From Octopus vulgaris (Eukaryota), in contig OX597814.1 of the NCBI GenBank assembly GCA_951406725.2, positions 4,030,001 through 4,094,000 on the forward strand: 64,000 bases of DNA, in the 5' to 3' direction. Each line of letters starts with the position of its first letter. The first letter of the stretch is position 1. The position numbers and the translations under genes were made by a program. The notes beneath the pieces were generated by a model, which was given only the letters and a program-made list of their open reading frames with translations, searched no databases and had not been told where the DNA came from. Of this stretch, positions 11,408-25,800 are shown one piece after another.

Positions 11408-11615
11408 GTCTGTGTGTCTGTGTTTGTCCTTCCACCATCGCTTGACAACCGATGTTGGTGTGTTTAGGTCCCCTAACTTAGTGGTGCGGCCAAAGAAACC
11501 GATAGATTGAGTACTAGGCTTAGAAAGAATAAGTTTTGGGATCGATTTGTTCGATTAAAGGCGGAGCTTCAGCATGGCCGCAGTCAAATGACTGAAACAT
11601 AAAAGAATAAAAAGA
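11088..11615 (+). mobile_element. Family-A SINE, 5'-truncated, with expanded internal (TA)/(TACA)
   Basis: Homology to the other family-A copies. Confidence 0.85.
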
Positions 11616-11620
11616 ATATA

Positions 11621-11761
11621 TAAAATTATAATTAAAGGTATCTAAAAGATACCATCATGCTAGAGATAGCAGTCAAAACTTGACTCTATGGTTTTAGGGT
11701 CAAGTTTTGACTACTATCGTTAGCATGATGGTATCTTTAGATACCCTTAATTATAATTTTA
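11621..11761. repeat. ~140-bp fold-back palindrome
   Basis: taaaattataattaaaggtatc...cttgac mirrored by gtcaag...gatacccttaattataatttta. Confidence 0.85.
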
Positions 11762-11849
11762 ATAATTATCAATACCTTTGAAGGCTTTTATTACCATGCT
11801 AGCCATTTGATATAATCGGTATTTAAAACAACGATCTTTTCCTTATTTA

Positions 11850-11901
<52 letters not shown>

Positions 11902-11914
11902 CGTACATACACAC

Positions 11915-11978
<64 letters not shown>

Positions 11979-12061
11979 ATATATATGTATATATAATATG
12001 TAGAGAAATACAAACTGGGACAAGAATGTAAAACATTTAGAAGACGATACAAAAAACACGG

Positions 12062-12206
12062 ACATTCGAACCCTTCAATCTTCAGTCAAGAACCGGATCA
12101 TCCTAGCAATTTCGGCTGATTAATCTTGAGATCGCTCCGATCCAGCCAACCCCAAGGAAAAACTAAGCTACGAGCGTTAGATTTCTTGGAAGAAAGCCTC
12201 GAATGT
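12062..12206 (-). ncRNA. Candidate rearranged hammerhead, family 3 (diverged copy)
   Basis: Minus strand: ggttg-g-ctggatc-gg-agcgAUC-tcaaga-ttaat-cagcc-GAAA-ttgct-aggat-gatccgg-t-tcttga-CUGAAGA; substitutions preserve pairing via G.U. Confidence 0.75.
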
Positions 12207-12974
12207 ATACAAAACAAGGACAGAAAAACGGACGATGCCACACGAATATAAAATACAAAAAACAATAATGGTAAAAACAGGACAAAAACAACATATATAT
12301 ATGTATATATATATATACATACATATATATATATATGTGTGTATGAACATTTAATGTGGTTTCAGAGTCAGGGTTTTTCCAGGGTAGTGGTATCTCTTAG
12401 ATACCCTAAATTATCATTTTAATAATAATTTTTACCTTTGAAGGTTTTTATAACCATGCTGGCCACGTAAATGTCGAATATATACAATCATACGCGATCG
12501 AACCCTTTTCACCAGTATACCCTCCGAGTAAACATGTAAATTCGGTAACTTTGTTATCCTGTTTCTCTTGCCTCTCTTATTGCTTTTGCTTCTCTTTCAC
12601 AAACTCGAAAGAAAGGACAATTTATAACTCGAAATTATAGATTCTTTTTTCCATTTCATCATTGGTTTCATATTTTTGTACATTTTCAGCGGCATTTTTC
12701 GCTCGTAACATTTGTTTATGAGTTTGTATCCTCCTTGTGGCATAACTATTTTACTTTCAATGATTTATATCTATTTATATTTCGTGTTTGGATTTGGTTT
12801 GCAAATATAAGGCACAAAAAGAAAATGACTCTCCCCAGACACAACGGAACATATCTATTTATCTATCCATGTATCTATTTATCTTTCTATCTATCCATCT
12901 GTCTCTATATCTATTTATCTATTTATATCTAATCTATCTATCTATCTGTTTATATATTTATCTATCTATCTGTA

Positions 12975-13124
12975 TTCCGCCGAGGTCGACTTTGCATTTC
13001 ATCCTTTCGGGGTCGTTAAATAAAATACCAGTTTCGCACTGGGGTCGATGTAATCGACTTAATCCGTTTGTCTGTCCTTGTTTGTCCCCTCTATGTTTAG
13101 CCCCTTGTGGGCAATAAAGAAATA
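12975..13124 (+). mobile_element. Family-B SINE, truncated, inside a (TATC)n tract
   Basis: Nin domain plus tttagccccttgtggg...aagaaata tail. Confidence 0.85.
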
Positions 13125-13179
13125 TATATTTATCTATCTGTTTATATACATATATAGACACAAACAGGATACTCCTGTT

Positions 13180-15770
13180 ACAGCCGTGTCAGGAGTTAAA
13201 CCAATACTTGGTTCAAGCAAAGCGATAAATATAAGGCTACTTGCAGGCGTCCACATTCAGGCCACTGGAACCTTCTCGATTATGTAATTGTCCGTAGTAA
13301 AGACCTGTCAGGTGTAAAATCTGGTCGGTGCATGCGGGGCATTAATGTTGGGCTATAGGATCTTATGTGTCTGTTTGGCTATCAATGCCCATAAGAAACC
13401 GCGGTGTGGCGATACGAAGGCATCTAAGCTGATTGATGTTTCTAAGTTAAGCTACCCAGGGAAGCTTGGAGAAGCAGTTCAAGCGATCGATCTAAATCCT
13501 AGCGGTGATCCGTGTAAGTATTAGTGAACAGTTTTTCTACGTTGAGATACATCGAAAGAAAACACCAGGACTGGTTTGAAGAAAACGAAGAGCTTGTAAC
13601 AGACTTGTTAGGAGGAGAGGAAGTGGCATTGACAAGTTGCTATCTTGTTCTGGAGAAAGATATTAAAGAATGTAAGTCCAGTGAGAACTGCGGACGGCAA
13701 ATGATGCGTGGTGGTGGTGAAAAAAGCCTGCGAAACTAAGAAATCTTCTGGCAAGTGAGATTCAAAATGCCTGTACCACCGTCTGAAAGCAGTCTATGGC
13801 CCACCATTCTAAGTCTTCGCACCTCTGCAAACAAAGGCTGGAAAAGCGCTGCTATGCAAGTGAGACAAAATCAAGATCACGTGACGGTAGAATTATAACG
13901 ACGTCTTGGCCCATGAAGTTGTGTAATAAGTTCTGGTGTAATCGAAGGCCTTGAACAGGCGCCTGTGATCCACCAGATTGAAGGAAAGCCCCAGGAACTG
14001 ATGGCTTTGTTGTTTAACAGGTTCAGTAATAGGCGCAGGAGTGGCTGTGTGGTAAGTAGCTTGCTAACCAACCACATGGTTCCGGGTTCAGTCCCACTGC
14101 GTGGCATTGGGCAAGTGTCTTCTGCTATAGCCCCGGGCCGACCAATGCCTTGTGAGTGGATTTGGTAGACGGAAACTGAAAGAAGCCTGTCGTATATATG
14201 TATATATATATATATATGTGTGTATGTGTGTGTTTGTGTGTCTGTGTTTGTCCCCCTAGCATTGCTTGACAACCGATGCTGGTGTGTTTACGTCCCCGTC
14301 ACTTAGCGGTTCGGCAAAAGAGACCGATAGAAGAAGTACTGGGCTTACAAAGAATAAGTCCTGGGGTCGATTTGCTCGACTAAAGGCGGTGCTCCAGCAT
14401 GGCCGCAGTCAAATGACTGAAACAAGTAAAAGAGTAAAAGAGTAAAGAGTAATGAGATACTGGGGCTTTTATCTACCATGTTTCAGACAATGTGGATGAG
14501 AGGTGCAGCCCTACAAGTTTGGCAGGGATGAAATTCTCGTTTCTTTGTATAAGAAAGGATTCAAAGACATATGTGATAACGTTTGATCTCTCTGTTGTCA
14601 GATGTTGGCGAAACCTTTGCAAGGATACTCCTCAAGCGATTGCTGGACCATGTTGCACTGGACGTTCTTTCATAATGTAGATTTCGTCCAAATCGAAACA
14701 CGACTGATAGGACTGCTCCTTACAACCCGACAGGTTCGAGAGAAGGGCACAGAGCAACAACCTCATCTGTACCGATGTTCCATTGAGCTTACCAAGACCT
14801 TTGACATCGTATATTCTATAGGTGTCCTTCTCAAGCTGAGATGACCAGAGAAGTTCACAGAACTCATTCCATCTCTTCTTTGCTATTCTTCTTTGCTATT
14901 TTTATCTCGCAAGTATTTGCGCTTAGTGATGCTGGTGTCTGCATCCGGTACCGCATCAAGAAAGCTTTTCAACATCCGTCGTTTTACTGCAGTAATAAAA
15001 CTTCCATGGCTTCTCATTGGTGAATTCCTTTACTCTGGATATTGTGATCTCGTAACCGACATTGGGGATGGAGCTGCACAACCTAATGGACTGCTTTTCA
15101 GCTGTGTGTGATGGATTTGGACTAACAATCACTCTTAAGAAGGCCGTGGTCATGCTACGGCCCGTATCGGGCAAACCATACACCCCACCCTTGATGTACG
15201 TCGAGGGTAAAAAGTTAAATGTCGGAAATACATTTGGCTACCTTGGTGTCAGGCTATCTAGATTTAGCACACATGACGAGGAGGTCAGTTATAGATTGTC
15301 TAAGGCTTGTGAATGCCTTTGGAAAGCTTGAATCGAGGCTCTGGCTGCAATCGGACTTGAAAGCAGCAACGAAAGTTGAGATTGTATCAAGCATGAGTCT
15401 TAACAGCGCTGATGTATTGATGCGAGACCTGGATGACCTTCCGCGGATATATCCGACGTCTGGAGCGATTCCACCACCGATTCTTGCCTAACATCCTGAA
15501 GATATCATGGCGATCTCATCTACCTAAATCAAGAGTAGTGCAACTGGCGAAAAGATAAGTCTATGATTATGAAAAGCTGCTTAGAGGTTCTGATCATCTT
15601 CTCCGTTTAAAGAACGTTTTATGGTGAGTTGAAGCAAGGAAAACGTCTTCAGTGCAAGCCATGCAATGGTTTGAGAAACAGTCTTAAAGATGAACTTAAA
15701 GAGACCAATATCGATACTAACCCCTGGGGAAATCTTGCACCAGATAGGGAGCTGTGAAGGAATCTGATTT
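13180..15770 (+). mobile_element. Decayed RTE-clade LINE, interrupted by the SINE at 14031-14453
   Basis: Fragments RKHQDWFEEN, RQVREKGTEQQPHLY..LTKTFD, FGLTITLKK..PVSGKPYTPP..FGYLG..EEVSYRLSKA; many stops and frameshifts. Confidence 0.8.
14031..14453 (+). mobile_element. Family-A SINE, young full-length copy with agtaat TSD
   Basis: Complete head to tail; flanked by agtaat on both sides. Confidence 0.93.
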
Positions 15771-16371
15771 ATTGATTAGGAAAATTATAATACAGGCATT
15801 ATAAATTTTTCCAAGGGTGCCTTCTGCATGATTGACATATAATTAATCTCATCCTACCAAATTTAGTGTGAGTAATCAAATGTATCAAAATTACTCTCAA
15901 AACAGGTAAGGGAGAAAACTCGCATCATGTCAAAAATTGACGAATATCTTTCAATGGGATGTTCCAGTATGGCCGTCTTCCTATCACTGAAAGCAAAGAA
16001 CAAAACCTACGCAAAGATAATGTACTCCTAAACAAACACGCACACACGCGCCCACACATACATATAACCATACACCTACATACACATATACACTGACATA
16101 CACACACATGCAACCATACCCACATTTATAAACACACATATACAAACATAAACACATATACATACATATATGCATATATATATATATATGTATATGTATA
16201 TATACGCATATATATATATACATATATGTATATATATATATATATACATAGATATGTATATATATATACGCATATATATATATACACATATATATATATA
16301 CGCATAATATATGCATATATACATAGATATATATATATATATACGCATATATATATATATATACGCATATG

Positions 16372-16521
<150 letters not shown>

Positions 16522-16636
16522 GCATATATATAATTAATCCAAACATGAAAACACAAAGAGAAAACACAACAACGCGAGAGGACGTGGAACAAGTATAGTG
16601 TTATTGGACGCTCAGTATTGGAAAGAAAGAAGGAGG

Positions 16637-16672
16637 ATTTAACGTTTTCCAGCGGAGCTCTTCGTCAGAAAC
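16637..16672 (-). ncRNA. Minimal type-I hammerhead, slightly degenerate
   Basis: Minus strand gttt-CUGACGA-a-gagc.tcc.gctg-GAAAa-cg-UU-aaat; same family as 10335. Confidence 0.55.
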
Positions 16673-16736
16673 ATAGGAAAAGGAAAGGTCCAAGGAAGGG
16701 AAGACGGAGGAAAAAGTACAACGGTACACACACTGT

Positions 16737-16803
<67 letters not shown>

Positions 16804-16974
16804 AGCGGGATCAGCCATCTGAATGTGGCTAGGGACAGGGCGGGGTGGTGGGGGTGTTACTGATGCATTTAGCCCCAGGCGACTATAGACGTCACTAGAA
16901 GAGCCGACACCATCACGGTGTCCTTGCTGGCCTATATATATATATATATATATACACGCATATACACACTCCCG

Positions 16975-17541
16975 CAGTTAGATTCCCCTGTCACATCACG
17001 TCACTCCTATTTATGGCGGGCTAAACTTTATGTTGTCACAGTTCAACACTGATTGTAGGCGTGGCACCGCAACGGAGGGGAAGGGAAGTGCGTCGGCGAC
17101 GGCGGCGGCGGCTGTGGGTGATATGGTGATGGTGGTGGTGGTGGTGGTGGCGGCGGTGGTGGTGGTGCTGTTGGTGGTGTTGGTGGGGGTGGGGGTAGTG
17201 GTGGTGGTGTTGGTGGTGGTTGTGTTGGTGGTGGTGGTGGTGGTGGTGGTGGTGGTGGTGGTGGTGGTGGTGGTGGTGGTGGTGGTGGTGGTGGTGGTGG
17301 TGGTGGTGGTGGTGGTGGTGATGGTGGTGGTGGTGTTGGTCGTGGTCGTGGTGGTCGTGGTGATGATGGTGGTGGTGGTGGTGGTGGTGGTGGTTGTGGT
17401 GGTGGTGGTGGTGGTGGTGGTGGTGGTGGTGGTGGTAGTGGTGGTGGTGCTTGTACTAGTCTTGATGGTGGTAAAAGACCCGGTTGTGGTTGATGTTAAC
17501 ACATCAGCCGCCGTGACGTGGTAGTAGTAGTAGTAGTAGTG

Positions 17542-17576
<35 letters not shown>

Positions 17577-17720
17577 CGCAGATGCAAGTTGCAGTAATGT
17601 GTTGTTTGGGGTCGTAAGAACGTCACCGTGACGGGCACCGGTTCGGAACAGCGATGTTTGTGGTGCGAAAGATTGGAGGCACGTAAAGGCCCATTAGCCA
17701 AACAATTAACCGATTCTCAC
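16975..17720. promoter_or_regulatory. Unique motif-rich segments flanking a (GGT)n tract
   Basis: CRE-like tcacgtca and gtgacgtg, A/T box cctatttatgg, palindrome gtcaccgtgac, ATTGG. Confidence 0.3.
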
Positions 17721-18084
17721 CCACCATTATGCTACAACCACAGGACAGGGAGCAAATCTAGGGGCTTCTACAACCACAGGACCACAGGGGAGCCTGTACG
17801 CGCCCGATCAACATGCTACAAAAGCCAACCGAAGACGAAATTGGGTACTATAATCCTACAGATGCAGATGAGACAGTCACGGCTAAAACGCCTTTGATCA
17901 CATAGAGCTTCTCAATCAGGTTTAACCCAGGGCTAAATAACAACCCTCACTCGCCCTTTCCCCTTTAGTCTTCCACCACTACGACCATGGATTCCATCCA
18001 CCCCGAGGTTTACATTCCCCCACAACCACCCCATTTCGTTATCCTTACTGTCGATGTGTGATTTGTCTCCTCTTTTGTTTACTC

Positions 18085-18230
18085 ATAGGCGCATGCGTGG
18101 CTGCGCGGGAAGAAGTTTGATTCGCAACCACATGGTACCGGGTTCAATCCCAAAGCGTGGCACCTCGGGCAAGTGTCTCCTACTATAGCCTCGGGCCGAC
18201 CAAAGCCTTGTGAGTGGATCTGGCAGACGG

Positions 18231-18274
<44 letters not shown>

Positions 18275-18535
18275 TGTGTGTATGTGTGTGTGTGTATGTG
18301 TGTGTGTGTATGTGTGTGTGTGTATGTGTGTGTGTGTGTGTGTTTGAATTTGTAGCTGTCCTTCACCACCACTTGGCCATCGGTGTTGGTTTGTTTACAT
18401 CCTCAAAATATAGCGGTTCAGCGAAAGAAATCGATAGAAGCTTAAAATATAAATCCTGGGATCGGTTTGTCCGATTAAAGGCGGTGCTCCAGCATGGCCG
18501 CAGTCACATGACTGAAACCAGTGAAGGATAAAGAT
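18085..18535 (+). mobile_element. Family-A SINE, diverged
   Basis: Head and tail homology with internal (TG)n. Confidence 0.8.
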
Positions 18536-19055
18536 GATTATGTGTATGTGTGTGTATGTCTGTGTGTATATATAGAGAGAGAGGTGGGGAGAGGCAGTTA
18601 TGCAGATAAATAAATTAGATTAGATTAATTATAACAGTTTAGGTATGAAATAGACGAGAGGAAAATAGTGAACGCTGGGAGAATCGGTTTTTTTTTTTGT
18701 TTGAAAAGAGAAAAGATTGAAGATCTATTTATAAACTTAGATTTCAGGATTCAAGCGAATCAAGTACTTAAACAGCAAAGCACCGTGGTCAGGTCGGTGA
18801 TTTCACTGTCGTGTACAAACTATATTTGAAGACATATACGTACTTTCTGAAGTAAGTATGGGTTTATATACCCCGGTTGAGTGTACGATCACAAATGGCC
18901 GACTGAACATGCAACTAGTTGGAAGGAAGGCGAATGATAAACAAATAACAACAGATGGATTCTGATTCACTACAGCTGTTTCAGACCTGTTTTTGTTGAT
19001 GAATAGAAGTATTACAACACGCAGAAAGAAAAAAGGTCAACATTTTTAAAATCTC

Positions 19056-19114
<59 letters not shown>

Positions 19115-19119
19115 TAATA

Positions 19120-19213
<94 letters not shown>

Positions 19214-19297
19214 TAATAATGATAGATGATGATGATATGACAACAAAGGAATGAATGAGACCTGGATATTATGTAAATAGAGGGATTTATGTATAAA

Positions 19298-19449
19298 TAT
19301 AATATGTGACATTAGTTGATTGTCATAATAAAACTCAGAGTTTCGGATGCCGGGGCTGTCTTAATAACTGATGAGAAGCTGGAGCAGACTTCCGCCCCGG
19401 CATCCGAAACTCTTAAAGTTTTATTATGACAACCAACTAATTGTCACAT

Positions 19450-19456
<7 letters not shown>
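19298..19456 (+). ncRNA. Fold-back palindrome containing a type-I hammerhead (19362-19426)
   Basis: taataa-CUGAUGA-long stem II-GAAA-ctcttaaag-UU-ttatta; the left arm gives stem III as actctgagt. Confidence 0.65.
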
Positions 19457-19487
<31 letters not shown>

Positions 19488-19649
19488 TGTATGTATGTAT
19501 GTATGTATGTATGAATGTATTTATGTATGTATGTATGTATGTATGCCGAACTGTTCAGTTACAGAAACGTAATTATTGCTTTTGTTGAATAAAATTTGTT
19601 GAAAAAAAGCCGCAATAATTATGCACCCAACCCAATATATATAAATATA

Positions 19650-19711
<62 letters not shown>

Positions 19712-19883
19712 AAAGCAAACAAATAATACACACACACACACACACACACATACGTGCGTGTGTGTATGTAATGCATATATACTGTATGCATACGTATTTA
19801 TACATACATGGCTACGCATACATATATGCATATAAATATACATACATACACACGCAAGCACACACTCATACATCCGCGCACGT

Positions 19884-19917
<34 letters not shown>

Positions 19918-20512
19918 TTCTGATCTCAGAATTATAGTTTGGAGAAAGATATTTGATCAAAAAATTAATACTTCCATATTTTTTACAGAAGAATGTAAAC
20001 TTTTATTTTCTTCGTCACAATGCCAAAGACGGTGCCAACCAAACTGTGCTCACCACATTTTGGTATTTGGAGTGTCTTTGAAGTGACACATCTCCAGGAT
20101 TGTCTTTCGGGAGACAAAGTCAAGTTGGATGGCCATCCAGGTCTGCAACAACACTGACACCTCGAAATGTCTTCTTTTTATTTTTCTTTCTTTCTGCGTT
20201 GAGGGTCATCTGGGGTCAGTTGTCTGCATGAATCGACCAAGAAATATCGATGCTCTCAAGGAGGAGGTCTTATTCACTCGTGATAACTTCTTGCAGAAAT
20301 ACGCTGCATGGGGTCAAAGGTCAGATATTTCAACGGAGTCAGAAATTGTCAGATGTCGAAGATCACCGGGATTGGTTGAAAATTTGGACATTTAAATAAA
20401 TTATCTGCGAATCCAGACTTTTAGGCCTCCATGTTTTTATCTGTCTATATATTTTTGCCAGTCAGTTCAGTAGCGAACCATAATAATGTTAACCACGGGT
20501 TCTACATATAGG

Positions 20513-20900
20513 GTGGAGGCGCAATGGCCCAGTGGTTAGGGCAGCGGACTCGCGGTCATAGGATCGCGGTTTCGATTCCCAGACTGGGCGTTGTGAGTGT
20601 TTATTGAGCGAAAACACCTAAAAGCTCCACGAGGCTCCGGCAGGGGTTGGTGGTGATCCCTGCTGTACTCTTTCGCCACAACTTTCTCTCACTCTTACTT
20701 CCTGTTTCTGTTGTACCTGTATTTCAAAGGGCCGGCCTTGTCTCTCTCTGTGTCACGCTGAATCTCACCTGAGGACTACGTTAAGGGTACACGTGTCTGT
20801 GGAGTGCTCAGCCACTTACACGTTAATTTCACGAGCAGGCTGTTCCGCTGACCGGATCAACCGGAACCCTCATCGTCGTAACCGACGGAGTGCTTCCATC
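20513..20900 (+). mobile_element. tRNA-derived SINE (family C), full length
   Basis: A box tggcccagtgg, B box gtttcgattcc; tail shared with 4420-4695 and 40080-40380. Confidence 0.85.
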
Positions 20901-21214
20901 CATTGTTTAAATTGATTATTTTATTTCTCAACATGTGTATTAATAAATGTTCTTTTCTATTCTAGGCACAAGGCCCGATATTTTTGGGAAGGGTGCCAGT
21001 CAATTAGATCGACCCCAGTACACAACTGATACTTAATTTATCGATCCAGAAAGGATGAAAGACAAAGTCGACCTCAGCGGAATTTGAACTCAGAACGTAG
21101 ACAGGCGACGAATTAATATATATTACAGTTCTATATTTAAGAGATGAGGAATTATGTACATTATTTACATTATTTACCATTTGACGGATATTTGTCCTCA
21201 TCTTGTTTGTTGTT

Positions 21215-21260
21215 AACACAACGTTTCGGCTGATATACCCTCCAGCCTTCATCAGGTGTC
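21215..21260 (-). ncRNA. Minimal type-I hammerhead ribozyme
   Basis: Minus strand gacac-CUGAUGA-a-ggctg..cagcc-GAAA-cg-UU-gtgtt. Confidence 0.85.
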
Positions 21261-21330
21261 TTGGGGAAATTTCGAACCTAGGTTCTCATTCCTAAGGTAA
21301 AATGAGAGCCCAGGTTCGAAATTTCGCCAA

Positions 21331-21376
21331 GACACCTGATGAAGGCTGGAAGGTATATCAGCCGAAACGTTGTGTT
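21331..21376 (+). ncRNA. Minimal type-I hammerhead ribozyme
   Basis: gacac-CUGAUGA-a-ggctg.gaaggtatat.cagcc-GAAA-cg-UU-gtgtt. Confidence 0.85.
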
Positions 21377-21754
21377 AACAACAAACAAGACGAGGACAAA
21401 TATCCGTCAATTGTAAATAAGGTAAATAATGTAATAAATATTATTTTCTACTCTAAGCAGAAGGCCCGGAATTTTGGGGGAAGGGGGCCAGTCGATTAGA
21501 TCCACTCCAGTCCGTAACTGGTACTTAATTTATCGTCCCCGAGAGGATGAAAGACAAAGTCGACCTCGGCGGAATTTGAACTCAGAAAGTAAAGACAGGT
21601 GACGAATTAATAAATATTAATATATTAATATATTAATTAACTAACAAGTGAGTCATGAATTCTGGCCCACCCTGAAGTTTACGATGACAGGCTAAAATAT
21701 TGTGGGGTGGGGGCTGACGTGACCATAGGGGTGGAATACATTGATACCCGCTTA

Positions 21755-22490
<736 letters not shown>

Positions 22491-22796
22491 TCTGTAGATA
22501 AGTGTGTATATGTGTGTATGAATATATGCATCTCCATGTGTTCATTGCAGTCAATAGAATTTATTCGTGATCCGAATTTAATATTCAAACAGGAAATTTG
22601 ATACAGCGAACGCAGTGTGTAAACTTCCATTTAACAATTGCTTGCACGGCTTGGCGTAGCCATACGTTTCAGCGCCGAGAATTGACATCTTAACTTTTTT
22701 TCGCTGCTGGACACCTTTCAGCGATCAGGAAAAATGGTTAACAAGCGGTTTTCGTATTCTAAGACGTCTACAATCGGTTCGCACGTATGCTTTTCT

Positions 22797-22869
<73 letters not shown>

Positions 22870-23195
22870 TGCGAGAGGCAGACAGACAGGCAGAGAATAT
22901 GTATGTATAACGATTAATGACGTGTGTAACAACAAATGGAAGTAGATCTCAATGCCGTTGAAGTAGAGGAATATATTTTATAGATTCTATGCAAACATGA
23001 AAGAAACATTCTATGCGGAGTGGCCAAGGAGGGATTCGCGGAACATGAAGGATAGGTACTTCTGCGATTTCCAGTCGGTATTCGGCGCTCATGTCACCGG
23101 TCATCAGCTGCCTTCTCACGAAAGCAAATACGCAGACAGACAGACAGGCAGACAGACAGACAGACAGATACACAGACAGATACACAGACAGACAG

Positions 23196-23250
<55 letters not shown>

Positions 23251-23428
23251 CAGAGAGAGAGACAGAGAGACAGAGAGAGAGAGAGAGACAGAGCGTGAAA
23301 GAGAGAGAGATAGATAGGTCGGTAAAATAGAGCCAGACAGACAGACAGAAAGACAGATAGATAGAGAGAGAGAGAGATACATAGATAGAACGATAGATAG
23401 ATAGAGAGAGAGAGAGATACATAGATAG

Positions 23429-23483
<55 letters not shown>

Positions 23484-23524
23484 GAGAAAGAGATACATAG
23501 ATAGAAAGATAGACAGATAGATAG

Positions 23525-23746
23525 AAAGCTGGCAGAAACGTTAGCACGCCGGGCGAAATGCTTAGCGGTATTTCGTCTGCGTTACGTTGTGAGTTCAAAT
23601 TCCGCCGAGGTCGACTTTGCCTTTCATCCTTTCGGGGTCGATAAATTAAGTACCAGTTACGCACTGGGGTCGATGTAATCGACTTAATACCTATGTCTGT
23701 CCTTGTTTGTCCGCTCTGTGTTTAGCCCCTTGTGGGTAATAAAGAA

Positions 23747-23749
<3 letters not shown>
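23525..23749 (+). mobile_element. Family-B SINE monomer inserted in (GATA)n
   Basis: Head agctggcagaaacgttagc, Nin domain, tail ending aagaaata|gatagatag. Confidence 0.9.
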
Positions 23750-23807
<58 letters not shown>

Positions 23808-23842
23808 AAGATAGATAGAGAGAGAGAGAGAGATACATAGAT

Positions 23843-23893
<51 letters not shown>

Positions 23894-23916
23894 GAGAGAG
23901 AAAGAGATACATAGAT

Positions 23917-23951
<35 letters not shown>

Positions 23952-23968
23952 GAGAGAGAAAGAGATAC

Positions 23969-24025
<57 letters not shown>

Positions 24026-24062
24026 AAGATAGATAGATAGAGAGAGAGAGAGATACATAGAT

Positions 24063-24093
<31 letters not shown>

Positions 24094-25294
24094 AGGATGT
24101 ATGGACAGACAGTTCGGTGGTTGATTACAGTAGATTAGAAATGACAATAGTGTGAAAGACGAGGAAAGATACACGAAATAGGTGTATGGGTGGCGGTGGG
24201 GTGGTGGTTTAGGGTGTGGTAGTGGGATGGCGGCGGCGGCGGCGGCGGGGTGTCTGGGGGTAATAATGTATTGATCATGTTGGGTAGTGAAGTGTGGGTA
24301 AAGATAGGATTTTAATCACATTGTGGAGCTGTTCGGGTGGGGTGGGGATGGAGGGAGAGAAAGGGAGAAGGCGGGAGTAGGAGGAAGGGGAGGATGTTTA
24401 TAATAGGTAGTGGGGGGGGAGTTGGGAGGGTGTTGTTGAAGGAAGGGGAAGGGGTAGAGGAGGAGGAGGAGGAGAGCGAAAAATGTAAGAGGAAATAAAG
24501 ATAAGAAAGGAGTCTGGGGTAGAGTGGGGAGGGGTGAGCGGAGAGGGGTTAATGTCAGGGAGTCTGGAGAAGGAAATTGAGGAGATGACGATGAATGTGG
24601 TGGTGGTGGCGGCGGCGGCGGCGGTGGAGTGGGGGGATGGGGGGTAGTGGGAAGGGTGATGGTGATTGCGGTGGTGGAGGTACTGGTGGTCGTCGTCATG
24701 TGGTAGTAGTTCTTGGTGGTTGGGGTAGTGGTGGTGGTGGTGGTGGGTGTGGTGCTGATGATGATGATGATGATGACACAGACGATGACAATGATGATGA
24801 CAATGAGAAGGTGGTGAAGATAATGATGATGACGATGATAGGGTGGTGGTGATGATGATGATGACGATGATGATGATGATGATGATGAGGAGGAGGAGGA
24901 TGATGACGATGCTGCTGACGATTATAGGGTGGTGGGATTGGTGGTGGTGGTGGTGGTGGTGGTGGTGGTGATGATGATGATGATGATGAAAGCGTGAGAT
25001 GGTGCTGATTAGCAGTGGTTCAGTCCTTATACAGTAATCCTACAACATCACACCATTCAACCGTGACCATCCATTGGGATACCTCAAACTACATTATCAC
25101 ACGCACCCTTCCCTTTTTAAAGCAAATTAAGCTGCCTTTTCTAGCAGGTAACACGACCCCCATATAGGCACCCCGCATGGCTAGTGACAGTGAGGGTGGA
25201 GGTAGGGGGTCCTTCTTTCACCTTCTCGGGTGGTGGATACACTGCACATTGAGATCAGGGTGGACTTCACATGAGGTAGAAACCGGTTAGTCTT

Positions 25295-25529
25295 TCATTC
25301 TTTTTTTGTTCTTTTATTTGTTTCAGTCACTTCACTGCGGCCATGCTGCAGCACCGCCTTTTGTTGAACAATTCGACCCCCAGGACTCATTCTTTGTATC
25401 GATTTCTTTTGCCGAACCGCTAAGTTACGGGGACGTAAACACACCAACATCGGTTGTCAAGAGGTAGGGAAGTACAAACACAAACACAAAATCACACACA
25501 AGCACCCGCTCACTCACTCGCACACAGAC

Positions 25530-25582
<53 letters not shown>

Positions 25583-25750
25583 TATATTCGACGGGCTTCT
25601 TTCAGTTTCCGTCTACCAAATCCACTCACAAGGCTTTGGTTGGCCAGAGGCTATAGTAGAAGACATTAGGAGGTACCACGCAGTGGGACTGAACTCGGAA
25701 CAGTGTGGTTGAGAAACAAACTTCTTACCACACAGCCACGCCAGCGCCTC
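25295..25750 (-). mobile_element. Family-A SINE
   Basis: Homology to the family consensus. Confidence 0.85.
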
Positions 25751-25800
25751 TAGTGTTGAGTGAGGAGTAGTTCTGCAGGGTTACATAGCATGTTGTAGGG

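Larger units (their letters stand above)
21158..21435. mobile_element. Penelope-like inverted terminal repeat pair with two outward-facing hammerheads
   Basis: ~125-bp inverted arms; hammerheads at 21215-21260(-) and 21331-21376(+). Confidence 0.85.

Noticed and set aside
18960-18990. Hammerhead 3' half (minus strand GAAA-cagctg-UA), also GAAA-cagctg-UC at 31988-32005
   Set aside because: No matching stem I'-CUGANGA strand found; counted only as truncated remnants.
19960-20480. Possible Tc1/mariner remnant (RPRNIDALKE)
   Set aside because: Too degenerate to define termini or orientation confidently.
20513-20590. tRNA gene
   Set aside because: A/B boxes are present but the acceptor stem is poor and the sequence continues into a SINE body found elsewhere in the window; same for 49590-49663.
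22560-22585. gatccgaattt resembling part of miR-10
   Set aside because: The seed region is absent and there is no precursor hairpin.
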